Shown here: positions 1 through 13,052 of the stretch, one piece after another
Position numbering within the stretch: the stretch's first letter is position 1
Layout of the letters: every line of letters starts with the position of its first letter
Assembly: GCA_018398765.1 (NCBI GenBank)
Contig: JAHBMJ010000252.1
Span: 1-52,655, forward strand
DNA length: 52,655 bases
Direction of reading: 5' to 3'
Origin: Chromera velia
Taxonomy: Eukaryota
The notes under the pieces: model-generated
What the model saw: only the letters and a program-made list of their open reading frames with translations
Database searches by the model: none
What the model was told of the DNA's origin: nothing
Made by a program: the position numbers and the translations under genes

Positions 1-160
1 CCCCCCTTTCTCTCTCTTTCTCTCTTTTTCCCCCTAGTTTCTCTCTCTCTCTCTCTCTCTCTCTCTTCCCCCCACCCCCCTTCCTCTCTCTCCCTCTCTT
101 TCTATCACTCATTCACTTTCTTTTCTTTTCCTTTTTTTGTCTTTTTTATGTTCTTTGCAG

Positions 161-910
161 GAGGACTTCAAGGCCTGCGTTAACCTCGACGTCTTCCCGG
201 AGGAGTTTAAAACGTTCAAGTCTATGACCTACAAGTTTTTGTACATCAAGAGACCCGACCCTGTGCAATTAACTCAGTTGGTTGCTTACTAGTCGCTCCC
301 TGCTTTTTTATGGAAGGGGGGGGGGGCAGACAAATTGTTGAAGGAAACTGTTTTTGCGAAGGAGATCTTCGTGAGAATCTAGGGGGTGATCAAGGCAATC
401 TATGACCCTCAAGACAAGACGCAGGGAAAACAGGTCAAAGAGTTCACCCTGCCCCCTTCTGTCACAGACACAAAGCTTCCGATCGCTCCGTTTGTTACGG
501 TTCAAGAGGTGGCATTCACGTGTGCAGTCATGTTTTTTATGTTGCAGAAACAACATTTCACGGTGGGGGATGCCTTGTTCAAGGCCAAAGATTTGATGAA
601 GCTTCTGAGCTTCTACTTCGGGGGGATTGGACATGTGTCGAAACATTTCACAGACAAGGAGGAGGAGGAAGAGATTTTCACCCGAGACGATGCAGTCAAT
701 GAGTGCAGAGAGAAGAAACTCGTTCACCCCGGTCTTGTCTCTCCATACATCTCTTTGGATGACTACACAAAGTCCTGCTTTGGGCGTTTGGGTGTGTATC
801 GATATGGCATTGATTATTTGGAGGGAGATGAGGGTGAAAATGACGGGGAGGACGAAGAGGGGGAAAAGGAGAAGGAAAAGAAGGAAGCCGATCCCTATGG
901 TTTTGATTGA
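161..910 (+). pseudogene. 3' exon of an unknown protein, interrupted by two in-frame TAG codons; possibly transposon-derived
   Basis: Pyrimidine tract and TTGCAG acceptor end at 160. One frame then runs 161-910 (EDFKACVNLDVFPEEF...EADPYGFD*) with TAG at 290-292 and 380-382 and an acidic C-terminus. No domain recognised. Confidence 0.45.
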
Positions 911-967
911 GTTCACACTTCCACACTGGTCTAACTAAGACTCAGTAACAGATGAAAATCATTGGCA

Positions 968-1245
968 ATGTGAAAATAGACCTGAAATGTGAGTTGAAAA
1001 ATAGTGAAAATAGTCAACTATTTCGACTATTTCTGATGAGAGTGCATAGTAACTAAGTGAAAATGTAAAATGAATGTAAAAATAGTAAAATAGTTTTTTA
1101 TTTTATAGCAAAATTTGCTGTGTTAATTTATCTGTAAAAATAGTTGAAATAGTGAATTATTTTAGTTCTATGAAATAGTAAATAGTCCACTATTTTACTA
1201 TTTATTATCGAAACGTATAAATAGTCAAAATAGTTACTATTTTTT
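968..1245. repeat. AT-rich array of AAAATAG / CTATTTT motifs in both orientations (foldback or subterminal-repeat-like)
   Basis: Repeated GAAAATAG(T) and its reverse complement ACTATTTT, e.g. aaaatagtcaactatttt near 1007-1024 and aaaatagttactatttt near 1227-1243. Confidence 0.55.
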
Positions 1246-2058
1246 AATTTTACCGGTTCATAGATGATATATATATATATATATATACATATACACCTAA
1301 TAATATATATACTAAAGTATACTGTATATAAGTATAAAAATTATTATATAGGTTTAAATATATTGTCGTATATATATTACTTGAGGCGACTATATAAACG
1401 ACTTAAGCAACCAACTATTATAATATCTAAAGATATAAAAAAAATGTTAATTTAGTATAACTCAGAGCAATTAATGCATATTTATCCCTAAATTTGTGCT
1501 CATGCAGATCTAGGTTTCAAAGTTGGAATATGGCTTATGTTTATGCAATTAAGCTTGTATGTGCATGCAAGCCTACAACTCATAAAACATACATGTTCTT
1601 CTTTAACCCTACTAAGCTTTAACTATCACTATAACTTAGTTAGTCTTAGTAGATTAAACCATACTATAAGGCCAGATTATATCTTAGTTCTAGTCTCAGT
1701 GTTTATAGTATTTTGTTTTAAATCTGATTTTTAGTTTTATTTATATAAGCAAATGTTAGTTCATGCATTTTTTCTCATTCTTTTAGTTATTCTTAGCTAT
1801 TAAGCCTTCTTTTTATCTTGTTCAAGTTTACTGCCATGTTCTACTGAGCTAGTGCAGTGTCAATCACCATCAATTTCATGCAGATCAACAATCTGGCATA
1901 TTCATGAAGTACTAGATAAAGTATCAGATTTAAACAAAGATTTAAAAATTAGACTGAATCACTCTACAATTCGAACCAAATTCAAGTTCGTTTCCCATTG
2001 AAAACTTGGAGTTGCTGAAAGTTTCACTTAAAATTCAACTTGAATTTATAGTTTGAAA

Positions 2059-4481
2059 TTAGTTTCTTGAATTAAGAAACGAAGCAATCTCATTGGCCGA
2101 CTGTTCAGTCCAACATGATCCGTGACCCCTGCAGCACAGAAAAGCAAAACAAAAAACAGGAACATCAAATCAAGAAGTATAGATGAATAAATAAATGGGT
2201 CAATGAATGAATGGACTAGTGCATTAAGGAATTGAATTCCTTTAATCAAAGCCGGCAAATAGCAATTGAGCACAGTCATGATGCAATATGGGGCTTTGGG
2301 AACAAAATCAACATGCAGAGATTTTGTGCGGGGAGCCGATTAACAAACTGCACCCGTTCGACTATCCAGCCACACGATCACTTTTTGACTCCATTGATTC
2401 TTCCTCGCTCACTAACTCACTAACTCACTCACTCATTCACTCACTCACTCATTCACTCATTCACTCATTCACTCACTCGCTCACTCGCTCACTCACTCAC
2501 TCACTCACCCACTCACCCATTCACTCACTCACTCACTCACCCACTCACCCATTCACTAACTCACTAACTCACTCACTCATTCACTCACTCACTCATTCAC
2601 TCATTCACTCATTCACTCATTCACTCACTCGCTCACTCGCTCACTCACTCACTCACTCACCCACTCACCCATTCACTCACTCACTCACTCACCCACTCAC
2701 CCATTCACTCACTCACTCACTCACTCACTCACTCATTCACTCACTCACTCACTCACTCACTCACTCACTCACTCATTCACTCATTCACTCATTCACTCAT
2801 TCACTCATTCACTCATTCACTCACTCACTCACTCACTCACTCACTCACAGTCTCAGTGAGTCACTAGTCCTCACTCTTTGGCTGGGCGGCTTCTATCCAT
2901 CTGATTCCTCTACGCAGCCACACCCCCAGGTGTCCACACATTCTTGGACTAAAGAACCCACGCATCCCTCTCGCTACCAACTGCCCGACTGACCCTCGAG
3001 CCATGATTGCCCTCACTTTGTCTTCTTCCTCTTTCGCTTCTGCGTTGAATCTCTGAATGTACCCATACACAGCGGGCCCCGGCACCACCAAGTCCGTGTC
3101 TGCCAGAACGACCAGAAGATTATTGCCCAACTTCATTAACTCCCCCCTGTCGATATACTCGTGACCGTGCATCTGCCTGCTGGTCGTCCATACAGTGCCG
3201 AAATCTGTAAAAACAAAAAACCAGTACACAAGCAGACTCTTCATGATTGCTGCCCTATCAAGGTACATTGAGATCTCATCCCGGGCTTTCGAGAGAGCTG
3301 CTCCAGCTGCGAAGGAAACGAAACTCTTCGAAGCTTCCTGCGCCCGCCTCTCGGCCTCTTCCAATTTCTCGTCCCCTCCCGAAACGTCCTCATGGATCCC
3401 CTCCTGATCCCAAGACGGTCCTAATCTCCAAAACCCCCGTTTTCCTTCTTCCTCTCCCTCAGAAACCAACTCTGCCTTCTTCTCTGCCTCTGCACGCCGA
3501 CACGCTCTCATGTCTGGGAATCCAATCCGCCAAGGGGGCAAATGCACCAACTGTGCAATCTTGGAGGCCTGAATGAAGAAGCAAATGGGGTCTCCCAATG
3601 CACACCTCCTGTAGAATACTGGCCGTCTCGCTTCAGGCACAACTGGTGTGGGGGCTTCACTTGTGTCTCTCCTCTGTCCTTTCTCTTCAGACACCACACT
3701 GGGTTCTGTCTGTACCTTCGGTATGTCTTTACCGTTCTGCTCTACGCCTCTTTGCCTTTCAGGTGTGCTGGCGGCTGCCTTTGTTGAGACAGCGGAGGGA
3801 GGCAGCGACAGGGTGAATGAAGGAGGAGAGAGCAATTCGGCCGTTCCCCCTTTCTTCATTCCAACTTCGCTTCCTTTCTGTTCCTGACCAACAGTCTCTT
3901 TCTGACTCCCCGTAGGGCTTCCACTTCGTTCTGTTGCCACTCCTGGTGTGGACGCACGCTGGTCCTCTTGCTTCTTGGTGTGTGTCGAGTCCTCCGTCTC
4001 CCCCTCCTGGCCCGTTGAACCCCCCCCCAACCCGAACCAAGACGCTGCCACATTGAGGGGCCATGCCGCATCCGATAGAAACGGTGCAGCGGCTGATGTG
4101 AGTTTGTCCCGTGAAAGCGAAAATGCGGGGACAAAGGCATCGACTTCGTCTGGCGCAAGGGATCCTTTCCCCCCTTTTGATACGGGTGCCGCGCTTTCAT
4201 ACCTGTGCGCGCTGACAGTCGCCACCCCATTCTCCCCGCAGTGGAGCAGCAGGGCAGAGGCCACAGAGGTGCCGTACGAGTGAGCCAACACGTCCACCAT
4301 CATCGGCACGGGAGAGTCCAGACTTCCTCCCTGAGGGGNNNNNNNNNNNNNNNNNNNNNNNNNNNNNNNNNNNGGGGGGGGGGGGGGGGCTCAGAGGCAA
4401 GAAAGATGCACACACATACACGGGTGCACGCACACTTACATGATCAAAGAGGACACAAACAAAACCGGAGAAGGACACACA

Positions 4482-4512
<31 letters not shown>

Positions 4513-5749
4513 CAGAAGCGGGGGCGGGGACGAAGGGAGCGAAAGGAAATAGAGGGGCTTCCGCGTCATACTTTGACTGCGTGCCGCCTCCTATCTTCCT
4601 GTCTGTGTGTCGGATTGCCTGCTAGAGTGACTCACAGGTGCCTCGTTTCCTGCGTGTCTTGACTGACCAACTGACCATCGTTTGCATAGTCTCTTGAGAA
4701 TCTCTTCTATCGTTTTCCCCGTCCCCTTCCCGTTCTGCCGCAAGTGCTTTTTCTCTTTCAATTCTCAACACGTCCGCCTGAGGGCAGATCTCGGTCATAT
4801 ACTTCTGTACAAACCTCTGTATTTCAATGCAAAGCTGGGGGTAAGAAGGGAGCTGTTCGAGTCCTTCCTCGTCTGCCCCTGTGGTTCCCATACTCCCCAG
4901 CCATCTCATCTCTGGTAAAATTACTGGACGCCCACTGCACACAGAGGACCTGACCAGCCAGAGAATATTCGCGATGTACAACAAGACTCCAAACCCAAAC
5001 CCGTGGAGAAACAGAACAGGAACATTCTCCAAGGGAAACACCTCACTTTCCTTGGAGGCTTCACTCGAAGTGGAAGGAGACGGACTATCCTCTTTCCTTT
5101 CCACCCTCCCTTCCTTCCCCCCTCCCCTCATCCTTGGCGGTGTGTACACCCAGAAGGTCAACGGACACGCAGGATTCCCTACAGGCCCGTATGCAACGAA
5201 CCCAACCTGCCGCATCATCGTTCGGGCCACCCCCCGACCGGCAGCAAGGATACAGGACAACAGCAGAGGTTTGTACATCACGTTCACCGGCGCCACACCA
5301 TAGCGCCAACCCAACTCGTCGGCCGGGTTCCGCACGACCGACGTACCTCCCCCCACTGGACAGAACTTCTGCGCGAACCGTTTTCCTGTCTTTAACCCCT
5401 GCAGCCTCTCTCTCCATGTCTCGAAAAGGGGGAAATTGTAAGGGAGGCTCTCTGGGTCGTCACTGCTGTAGTAAGCACACCAGTCACGCAACTCATCAGG
5501 ATGCAGACTGATCGCGTCCCGACCGAAGAAGTTGTAGTACAGGAAGTGATGCACGTCCTCGTCGGACATTTTCTTTGCCTGGTCGTTCATGAAGAAGACA
5601 AACGAGGGGTCTACCTTCTTGCGCATCTCCTTCTTCAACAGCTTTCTTCTCTCACAGAACAGCTGGTAGTGCATGGCTTCCACTGCTCCATAGCCTGCTA
5701 CCACAGAGACGGCAACAAGCCGTCGAAACGTCTGACCTGAGCTCGGCAT
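2059..5749 (-). CDS. Spliced alpha/beta-hydrolase fold protein (putative lipase/esterase)
   Basis: ATG at 5749. ORF 4622-5749 has the VLFLHGFG oxyanion motif. ORF 2864-4309 has the DVLAHSYG nucleophile elbow and DPICF. A GTCAGT donor near 2993 spliced to a CTGCAG acceptor (exon from 2128) gives ...ARG-GHGSCW...NSRN* (TAA at 2059-2061), supplying a likely catalytic His. One junction is hidden by the N gap at 4339-4373. Confidence 0.8.
2405..2848. repeat. (TCAC/TCAT)n microsatellite in a hydrolase intron
   Basis: Direct reading; it explains the spurious THSL ORF 2288-2992. Confidence 0.95.
4339..4373. other. Assembly gap (N run) flanked by G runs
   Basis: 35 N bases between poly-G tracts. Confidence 0.98.
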
Positions 5750-6557
5750 GGCGTAGTGTCACCTAAAACTGGGCAGAGAAGTTAGGCCTGGCCATGACTC
5801 GAATGCACTGCGAAAGCTAAGCAGAGAAAAACAATGATGAGCCAATCTATTATGAAGTACTATCATTGAATCTCTGAGTCTCGATCCTACAGCTAAGATT
5901 CCGCGGTCTGCGTAGACGGCCAGCTGCCAGGAAGGTGTGGCCCGCGGCCCCTCGGACCCCGCGCCAATACTCATGCATGCAGGCGGGCCGCGAGGGCCGC
6001 CATGCAGATGCCGCCATGCAGCGACCACAGAGCAGCTAGTGTGACATCGTGTCAGACCATGCAGCGAATAAAGGGGAGCGCTACAATGAATGCGGCGGCA
6101 CCTCACGTGCCGCCGCGCATGAAATTCGGACCAATGGTAATATGCTAACGCAAGGCATCCCCTTTTTGCAAGGACTTTTTAATGTTACGCACAAAAAAGT
6201 CTTTCCAATTAACTAAAAAACCATCTAGATGCCCCCCCCTTAATTTAGCAGAATCGTATCATATTAAGAACCCGGGTCCTAGACCCGGGTCATGCTCACG
6301 GGAGTAGTTTCTGACTATCCTGGACGAGATTCCGGGCGTAGCTAAGCCAGGCCTTGCTAAGTTCCCTAGTGGTCCCGCGTTTAAAGATATATGAATATTA
6401 AATTATAACATTTAATTTTACAGTTGAATTCACTCAGTGCTATCACTTATTCTTACTCATTCTAGTCATACACTTAGTCTTAGGCTGTTTGTAGATCGAC
6501 TTACACGGTGGGAAAGGGAGATTAAGTACGACTGGGTGGACTGCAGCAGCATCGGAG

Positions 6558-7600
6558 TGCATTGCATTCGATCTGACGTTACGGTAGTCACAAAGGGACA
6601 TTAGATGTTACAGTACTGTATTTAATCTGGCGTACTACCAGTCTGCCAGTCAGAAAAGGAGACTGAGTACATTGCATTTGATCTGACGTATGCAGAGAGA
6701 AAGGGAAACTGAGTGCATTGCAATCGATCTGATGCCGTGAGAAAGGGAGACCAATGGAGACTGGATGCATAATCCCCATGCATTGCATTCGATCCAACGT
6801 AGAGAGGAAAAGAGACTGGATGCATTCCATTCGATCGCATTCGATCTGACGCAGGTAGAGAGAAGTGGAGGCTGGATACACAGTGACTGCATTCGATCTG
6901 ACATAGAGAGGAAAAGAGACTGGATGCATTGCATTCGATCTGACGCATGCCTAGACGCATGCAAAGAGAAAGGGAGACAGTCACTGCAATGCCATGGGTG
7001 CCTTGCATTCGATCTGACGCATGCATGCAGAAAGAAAGGGGGACTGGGTGTATTGCAGTCGATCGGACGCAGAAAGAAAGGGAGACTACATGGGTGCATT
7101 GCAATCGATCTGACGCATGCAGAGATGCCGCAGAGAGGAAAAGAGACGGGATGCATTGCATTCGATCTGACGCATGCCTAGACGCATGCAAAGAGAAAGG
7201 GAGACAGTCACTGCAATGCCATGGGTGCCTTGTATTCGGTTTGACGCATGCATGCAGAAAGAAAGGGGGACTGGGTGTATTGCAGTCGATCTGATGCAGA
7301 AAGAAAGGGAGACTACATGGGTGTATTGCAAGCGATCTGACGCATGCAGAGAGAAAGAGAGACTGTGTGCCCTAGCTGTGTGCCTTGCATCCGATCTGAC
7401 GCACGCATGCAGAAAGAAAGGGGGACTACATGGGTGTATTGCAGTCGATCTGACGCAGAAAGAAAGGGAGACTACATGGGTACATTGCAGTCGATCTGAC
7501 GTAGAGAGAAAGGGAGACTGGGTGCATTGCAGTCGGTCTGATGCACAAAGGGAGACTGAGTGTATTGCATTCGATCTGACGCAGAGAGGAAGGGAGACTG
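6558..7600. repeat. Minisatellite: about 20 copies of core TGCATTGCATTCGATCTGACG with purine-rich linkers and a ~227-bp higher-order duplication
   Basis: Core recurs every ~40-75 bp; block ~6905-7130 is repeated at ~7132-7350. Confidence 0.85.
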
Positions 7601-7634
7601 GACGTTTGGCATTCAAGCAAACTGAAGCAAATTG

Positions 7635-7785
7635 AATGCAAACGATGTGAGCCGGTGAGACGGAGAGAAAAGAAGCAATGCAAACGATGTGAGCCAGTGA
7701 GACGGAGAGAAACGAAGCAATGCAAACGATGTGAGCCAGTGAGACGGAGAGAAAAGAAGCAATGCAAACGATGTGAGACAGTGAG
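7635..7785. repeat. 42-bp tandem repeat, ~3.5 copies
   Basis: Unit AATGCAAACGATGTGAGCCRGTGAGACGGAGAGAAAAGAAGC. Confidence 0.9.
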
Positions 7786-8248
7786 GAGTACGGGGAGAAT
7801 TAATATGATTAAAGGAAGCAATGCAAACGATGGCATTGAGGCAGTGAGACGGGAGAGCTCTAGGATGTGATGTGGCGAAGTGAAAAATTAATTAATGAAT
7901 TAATTAATTCACTAATACAGAGACGCGGGGGCTTTAGGCCCGCGCGGTGGGGAGACCCCCCCGCGCTCGCGAAGGAATTTGCCCGAAAACGCCCAAAACG
8001 GCTGAATCCACACCGCGCGACTAGCCGCGCGATCCACAACAAATGAGAGCGAATGCGCCTAAGACCGTCTTTTCCGCATCCAAGACTCCGGACCAAGAGA
8101 GCAGATTGTGTTAAGTCACCGATGTAAATGGGTGAGAAATGGCGGAAAGCAGCCAGTCAACTTCAGACTGCAGGGTGTGGGCAGAGCACGTGGTCGGATG
8201 GGGTGGAGGGCTCTCCGGGTGGAGAGGGCATTTTGTGGGGGGGGGGGG

Positions 8249-8273
8249 NNNNNNNNNNNNNNNNNNNNNNNNN
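8249..8273. other. Assembly gap (N run) inside a poly-G tract
   Basis: 25 N bases flanked by G runs. Confidence 0.98.
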
Positions 8274-8699
8274 GGGGGGGCAGGGTATGTGTGGAAGGGG
8301 TGCTCCGCTGGAGGCAGCGCTTCAGCGGTGGGCGCACCCCGCCTGACGGCTCGAAGGAGCAAAGGGCCAATTAAGGTCAGTCTCCACGAACTGCTTGAGA
8401 AAGCAGTCCAGCTACATACACATCTGAACTGCAGACCACATCAGACCATCCCACACTTTTCAATGGAGCTTTCTGAAATTCCGCGGTGTTCTTGAGCAGG
8501 TTGTCTGTTTTTGGATTTGTGGTTCGGGCAACAGGTCCTCACTCTGCCACTCCGTACGAACGAGACGACTTTAATTCTGTCCTCCCTCCTCCCGGCTGCA
8601 TGCACTTGCCAGTGTAGGATTGCGTGCACCTAGACTGGTCCCGGTCGCTGGTCCTTTGCGTGTGTGGAAATCATCCTCTGGAGAGGCATATAGAAGGAC

Positions 8700-10471
8700 A
8701 TGACGACCCCCGCCTCCGGTCTGGAGTCTCCTCTGTTGTCCTTCGCGTCCCATCCGGACGGTGAAGAGGTCAGTCAAATGGATAATTGTGTGAGATCGTG
8801 TCTTTGTGCAATCATTCCCCTTCTCGCCTTTTCTGGACAGAGGTGATGGATTCAGGGTTTGTGGTGATTGCTGAGTGCAGGAACACGGGGAACATGACCA
8901 CGAGGCAGATGACAAGAAAACGAGACGGCAAAAAGTCCGCGTGGCCCTCCGTCGGTTGTTCTCCACCCCCGAGTACATCGGAGACAGGAAGCACCTCGAG
9001 GAGAGCTGGCTGGACGTGTTCTATGATTTGTTCTTTGTGATTGCTGCTACAAACTGTACAGACATATTTCTGGAATCGGCAACCAAGATGGACTTCTTCC
9101 GCTTTGCGACCTGCTGGTTTGTCTTCTACCAGCAATGGATGACCTTCACGTTATATAAGGCAAGGGTGAAATCTGAAGGGCTTCTGTATGATCTGATGTT
9201 CCTTTTCCACATGATAGGTCTGTTCGGCATGGTGCTTGAGTGCGGGGAAGAAGAGAACGCCCCTAGATTCGGAGTGAACATCATCCTTGCGAAGGTAGCC
9301 ATGGCGTTACTCCAACTGAAGGCTGGACTGATGGTGCCCCGACTAAGGGTTTGGGGGGTCTTCTACTGTTTCAACAACCTTCTGGGATGCGTGGTAGTGG
9401 CTGTTGGCATCATCCTTCATGTGACAAAGACTGACGGATTCACAATCTGTCTGGCTGCATCCGTCGCACTTGAGCATGTTCTGAGCACCACAGGGCATTT
9501 CCATTTTCGTAAACGAACAATCGACGACGTTTTGCCGAACGTTGGCCTGACAGCCCGAAGGCTTGGCATGCTGACCATGGTTCTGCTGGGGGAATCGTTC
9601 ATCTCCATGGCGACAGAGAACAGAGAATCCTCTGAAGATCCGGAGGAGACAAGAAAAAGGGGGTTTGAATTCTACGTCTCCTTCACACTTGCTGCCATCG
9701 CTGTTTGGAGTCTCCACATCCTCTTCTACCACTTTGACGTTCCAAAAGACGAACACGCACTCAGGTCACCGTCACTACTCAAGAGGTCGGCTCGATGTGC
9801 ATGCAGATAGACGAAGAGGAAGGAAGGAAGGAAGGAAGGAATTTGGGGGGGAAATGCGCACGAAGTCTCTCTTTTTCTGAACGTCAGTACCGACATTTTT
9901 TAGTGCATCGATCTGGACTTCGCCCCAGACTTCTCCCTCCCTCCCTCCCTCCCTTGTTTTGTCACCCGTCAGTCGCTCACTCACTCACTCACCAACTCAC
10001 TCATGTATTCCTTCCCCCATTCCACACAAACCCCCCCTCCTCCCTTCTCTGAACCTCCTTTACTTTAGAGACGCCTCTGCCGTCAGAAGTGACTCTGTCA
10101 GTCAGGTCCCACACCCCCAAATAGACCTCAAAGGCGTGCGCTTTTTTCTTCTGTCGGGGTTCAAACCAACCGTGGGCACCCAACCAGTCCAGCTCGCTCA
10201 CATGTCGTATTAGAAGAGGCTTAAAACTGAATAGCTGAGTGTTGAAGAGCGGAGAGGTTTTGGATTCTTTTCTTTTCTGTCTGCAGATATGCCTTCATCC
10301 AGAGCTACGGAGTCCTCGGCCTCTGTCTGCTGATGCTGGGGGCCTGCTGGCGGTTCCTCATCCAGATGAACGGACTGCTGAGGAAACCCAAAAACCCGTC
10401 AGAGGCAGAGTGGGAACAGGTTTGTCGTTTTGTTTTCTTCGGTTCTCTGCCTGTTTATCATTCTTTGTGTC

Positions 10472-10534
<63 letters not shown>

Positions 10535-12089
10535 CAGAAATTGTTTCCGTCGGCTTCTTGGAGTGCGCACTAAGAGAGCAAAACGGATGGGGTGAATGAC
10601 AGACGAATGCATGGACCGGCCGTCTCCCTTCTTGTTTTAAGATGCATGCCCTGGTGTTCATGCAATGCATGAATTCAGTCATTCATGTTCACGTGTTTCT
10701 CTTTGTCTGGCTGCAGGAAGCAGCGGAGGAGGTGGTCTGGTTGACCTTCTTTGTCTACACATCGACTCTTATTCTCATGGGACTCTTGCGGTGCGTTGGC
10801 GTTTGTGCTCTTGTGTGAGTGTGTGTGTGTGTGTGTGTTCCACCCCAGGCTATCTTACCGGTTTCCATAGGGGATTGCGGTGGCCTTTTTCTGTCCATTC
10901 ACATGACCGTGTGCACCTGAGGACGAGGATCGTCCTGTTTGAACTCAGCAGGAGGTGGACTCCCTCAGTGCAGCGAGAGGGGCCTCCAGCAACTTTCTTT
11001 TGCATCGTCTGTTTTCCTCTGTGTTAGCTGAAATTGACCTTTAAGAGGGGGCTGTTGGACTGCCACATGGGTACTTGTGCGACTGCTATTGTGCTCTTCT
11101 CAAAGGTGCGTTCGCCTCTTCGTATCTCCCTCCATTCATGAAACATCCATCCATCGATCGGCCTGCAGGATCCTCCACTACATTCCCTTCGGCAGAAACG
11201 ACCGAATCAGATCGGCTGTCCGGACAGCTTCTCGAAGGGTGACAGGAGGGGACACGTTCATGACTATCTGGAAGATCTCAGGGTTCCTCTACGTGTTCCC
11301 TGCCTACTTTGCTCCTCTGATGATTCCCGACAACTCCCGGACTGCCGTCATAGTCCTTCTGGTCGTGTGCTGTCATGCGCTGACGCTGGTGCTGGCGGAC
11401 TCGGCAATGGCTCACTGGTTCCGAATCCGGGTTGGTTGGTTTGCTGGCTGCAGGGGCAAACTGTGTGCAGACAAGAATAAGTCCTACACGATTTAGCGTT
11501 CTTACGTCAGGCAATCTGCTTTGGCTGGTCTTTCTGTACCTTATGACTCTCCTCCTCTTCAGGTTGAGACCAGAAAGAAACTTTTGGGGCCCTGAAGTAG
11601 AAGAATGCTTTACAACATGCCCATCTGTGTATGGAAGTCTATTACAGTATGACCTCCTGTTTTCTTTCTCCCCTGCCCTCCACAGGTTGAGACAGCGAAG
11701 GAGAAAGGAAGACGGAACTCATCAGACAGTCTGCCGGAGACCAACGGGTGCGGCGGGGAAGAGGAGAGAGACGGAGAGATGTGGAATGTGGTGGAGGGCG
11801 CACAAGGGCATGGAAAGAGGGTGATGAACGGGGGACCGGTTGGGACCACCGGGGTGATGTTGACTGAATCCGCCTCTGGGACCGGAGACGGGGAAGGAGT
11901 TCGGCTTGCAGGGACAGGGCGGGTTTCTCTTCCTGCAGGGAGCAGTGGGGGGGATTTGGGGGCTGCGTGTCCTTACTGTGAGGACAAAAAGGCGCGTGTG
12001 AGGGGGAAGCTGGGGGAAATCGTGTTGAGTCTCTCGCCATCACAGTCTCTTCTGAACTCTGCTTGTTCTCTGGTGAGTCTGAGAGAGTG

Positions 12090-12121
<32 letters not shown>

Positions 12122-13052
12122 TGTGTGTGTGTGTGTCTGTGTGTGTGTGTGTGTCCGTGTGTTGTGCGTATCTCTGTGTGTGCTTTTCGGAACATTTTTG
12201 ATGCAAAGTCGTACGGAGATATATTTCAAGATACTCATCTCTGTCTTTTTTGCTGTAGGAATGGGAAGGGAATGCGTTTCTCCAAAGAATGACTCTTCTC
12301 CCGGGTCCTCTCTTGTTTGTTGCTCTTCTTCCCTCTAAAGTGTTCAATCGCAATCCTGTTGTTTATCTTTCGTCTGTCTGCGTGTCGCTTTTTCACTTTT
12401 TTTTTTTGCTCGATCCCACTTTTCTGGCTTGCCGGATTGATTCGTATTGACATGAACCCTTTTCTTTTCCTCTGCCATGGCTCAATCACCCGACATGATG
12501 CAGGGAACTGGGGCAGAGGCGGAGGGAGGACGGAGACGGTCGTATCTGCGTATGGCTCCTGGACTTCAGAGGGGGTCTCCGTCTGCCTCAGCGTATCGTC
12601 TTTCTGGGTGCGTATCTGTGCAAGAAGCGGAAACAGAAAGGGAATCCCCCCCTTTGCGTATCGGTGTCACTCCTTCCATCTATCTCCAGAGCGGAGGAGG
12701 AGGAGGAGGAGGAGGAAGTGTTGGGAGGGGGGAGACTGCAAGAAGCTACGAGACGGAGAGAGCTTCGGAGGAGAAGGAGAGAGCAGAGACCCAGGAAGTG
12801 TCGCCCCTTTCGCTTCACGAATCTGGAGGGGGAGAAGGGGAGAGGAGTCATCAAGTGACGGAGTCGTCGGGCAACTTCAGGAGACAGGAGGACGACATCA
12901 ATCCGCAGCCTCCAACCGCTGCTGCTGTTGCTGCAACCACCGCAGGGGCTCTCTCCCCCCCTCCCTTGTCGGCAGCAGAGAGGACGCGGGGAGCTTCAGG
13001 GTCGCAGGGGGACATCCTGGAGACGGGAGAGAACTTTCAGGGGACAAGCTGA
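8700..13052 (+). CDS. Low-temperature-requirement protein A (LtrA)-family multi-pass membrane protein, multi-exon
   Basis: SWLDVFYDLFFV resembles the LtrA WLELFYDLVFV motif and RRLGMLTMVLLGESF resembles ERFGLFTIIVLGE; many hydrophobic segments. Predicted exon 1 is 8700-8768 (MTTPASG...GEE, GTCAGT donor), joined in phase to 8881. Further exons lie near 10290, 10717, 11170 and 11687, with a last exon ending at TGA 13052. Internal boundaries are approximate. Confidence 0.75.

Noticed and set aside
2288..2992. 234-aa THSL-repeat ORF
   Set aside because: Translation of a (TCAC)n microsatellite inside an intron of the opposite-strand gene.
6558..7600. CRISPR array
   Set aside because: Linkers are related to each other and uneven in length, cores are degenerate, no cas genes are present and the context is eukaryotic; it is a minisatellite.
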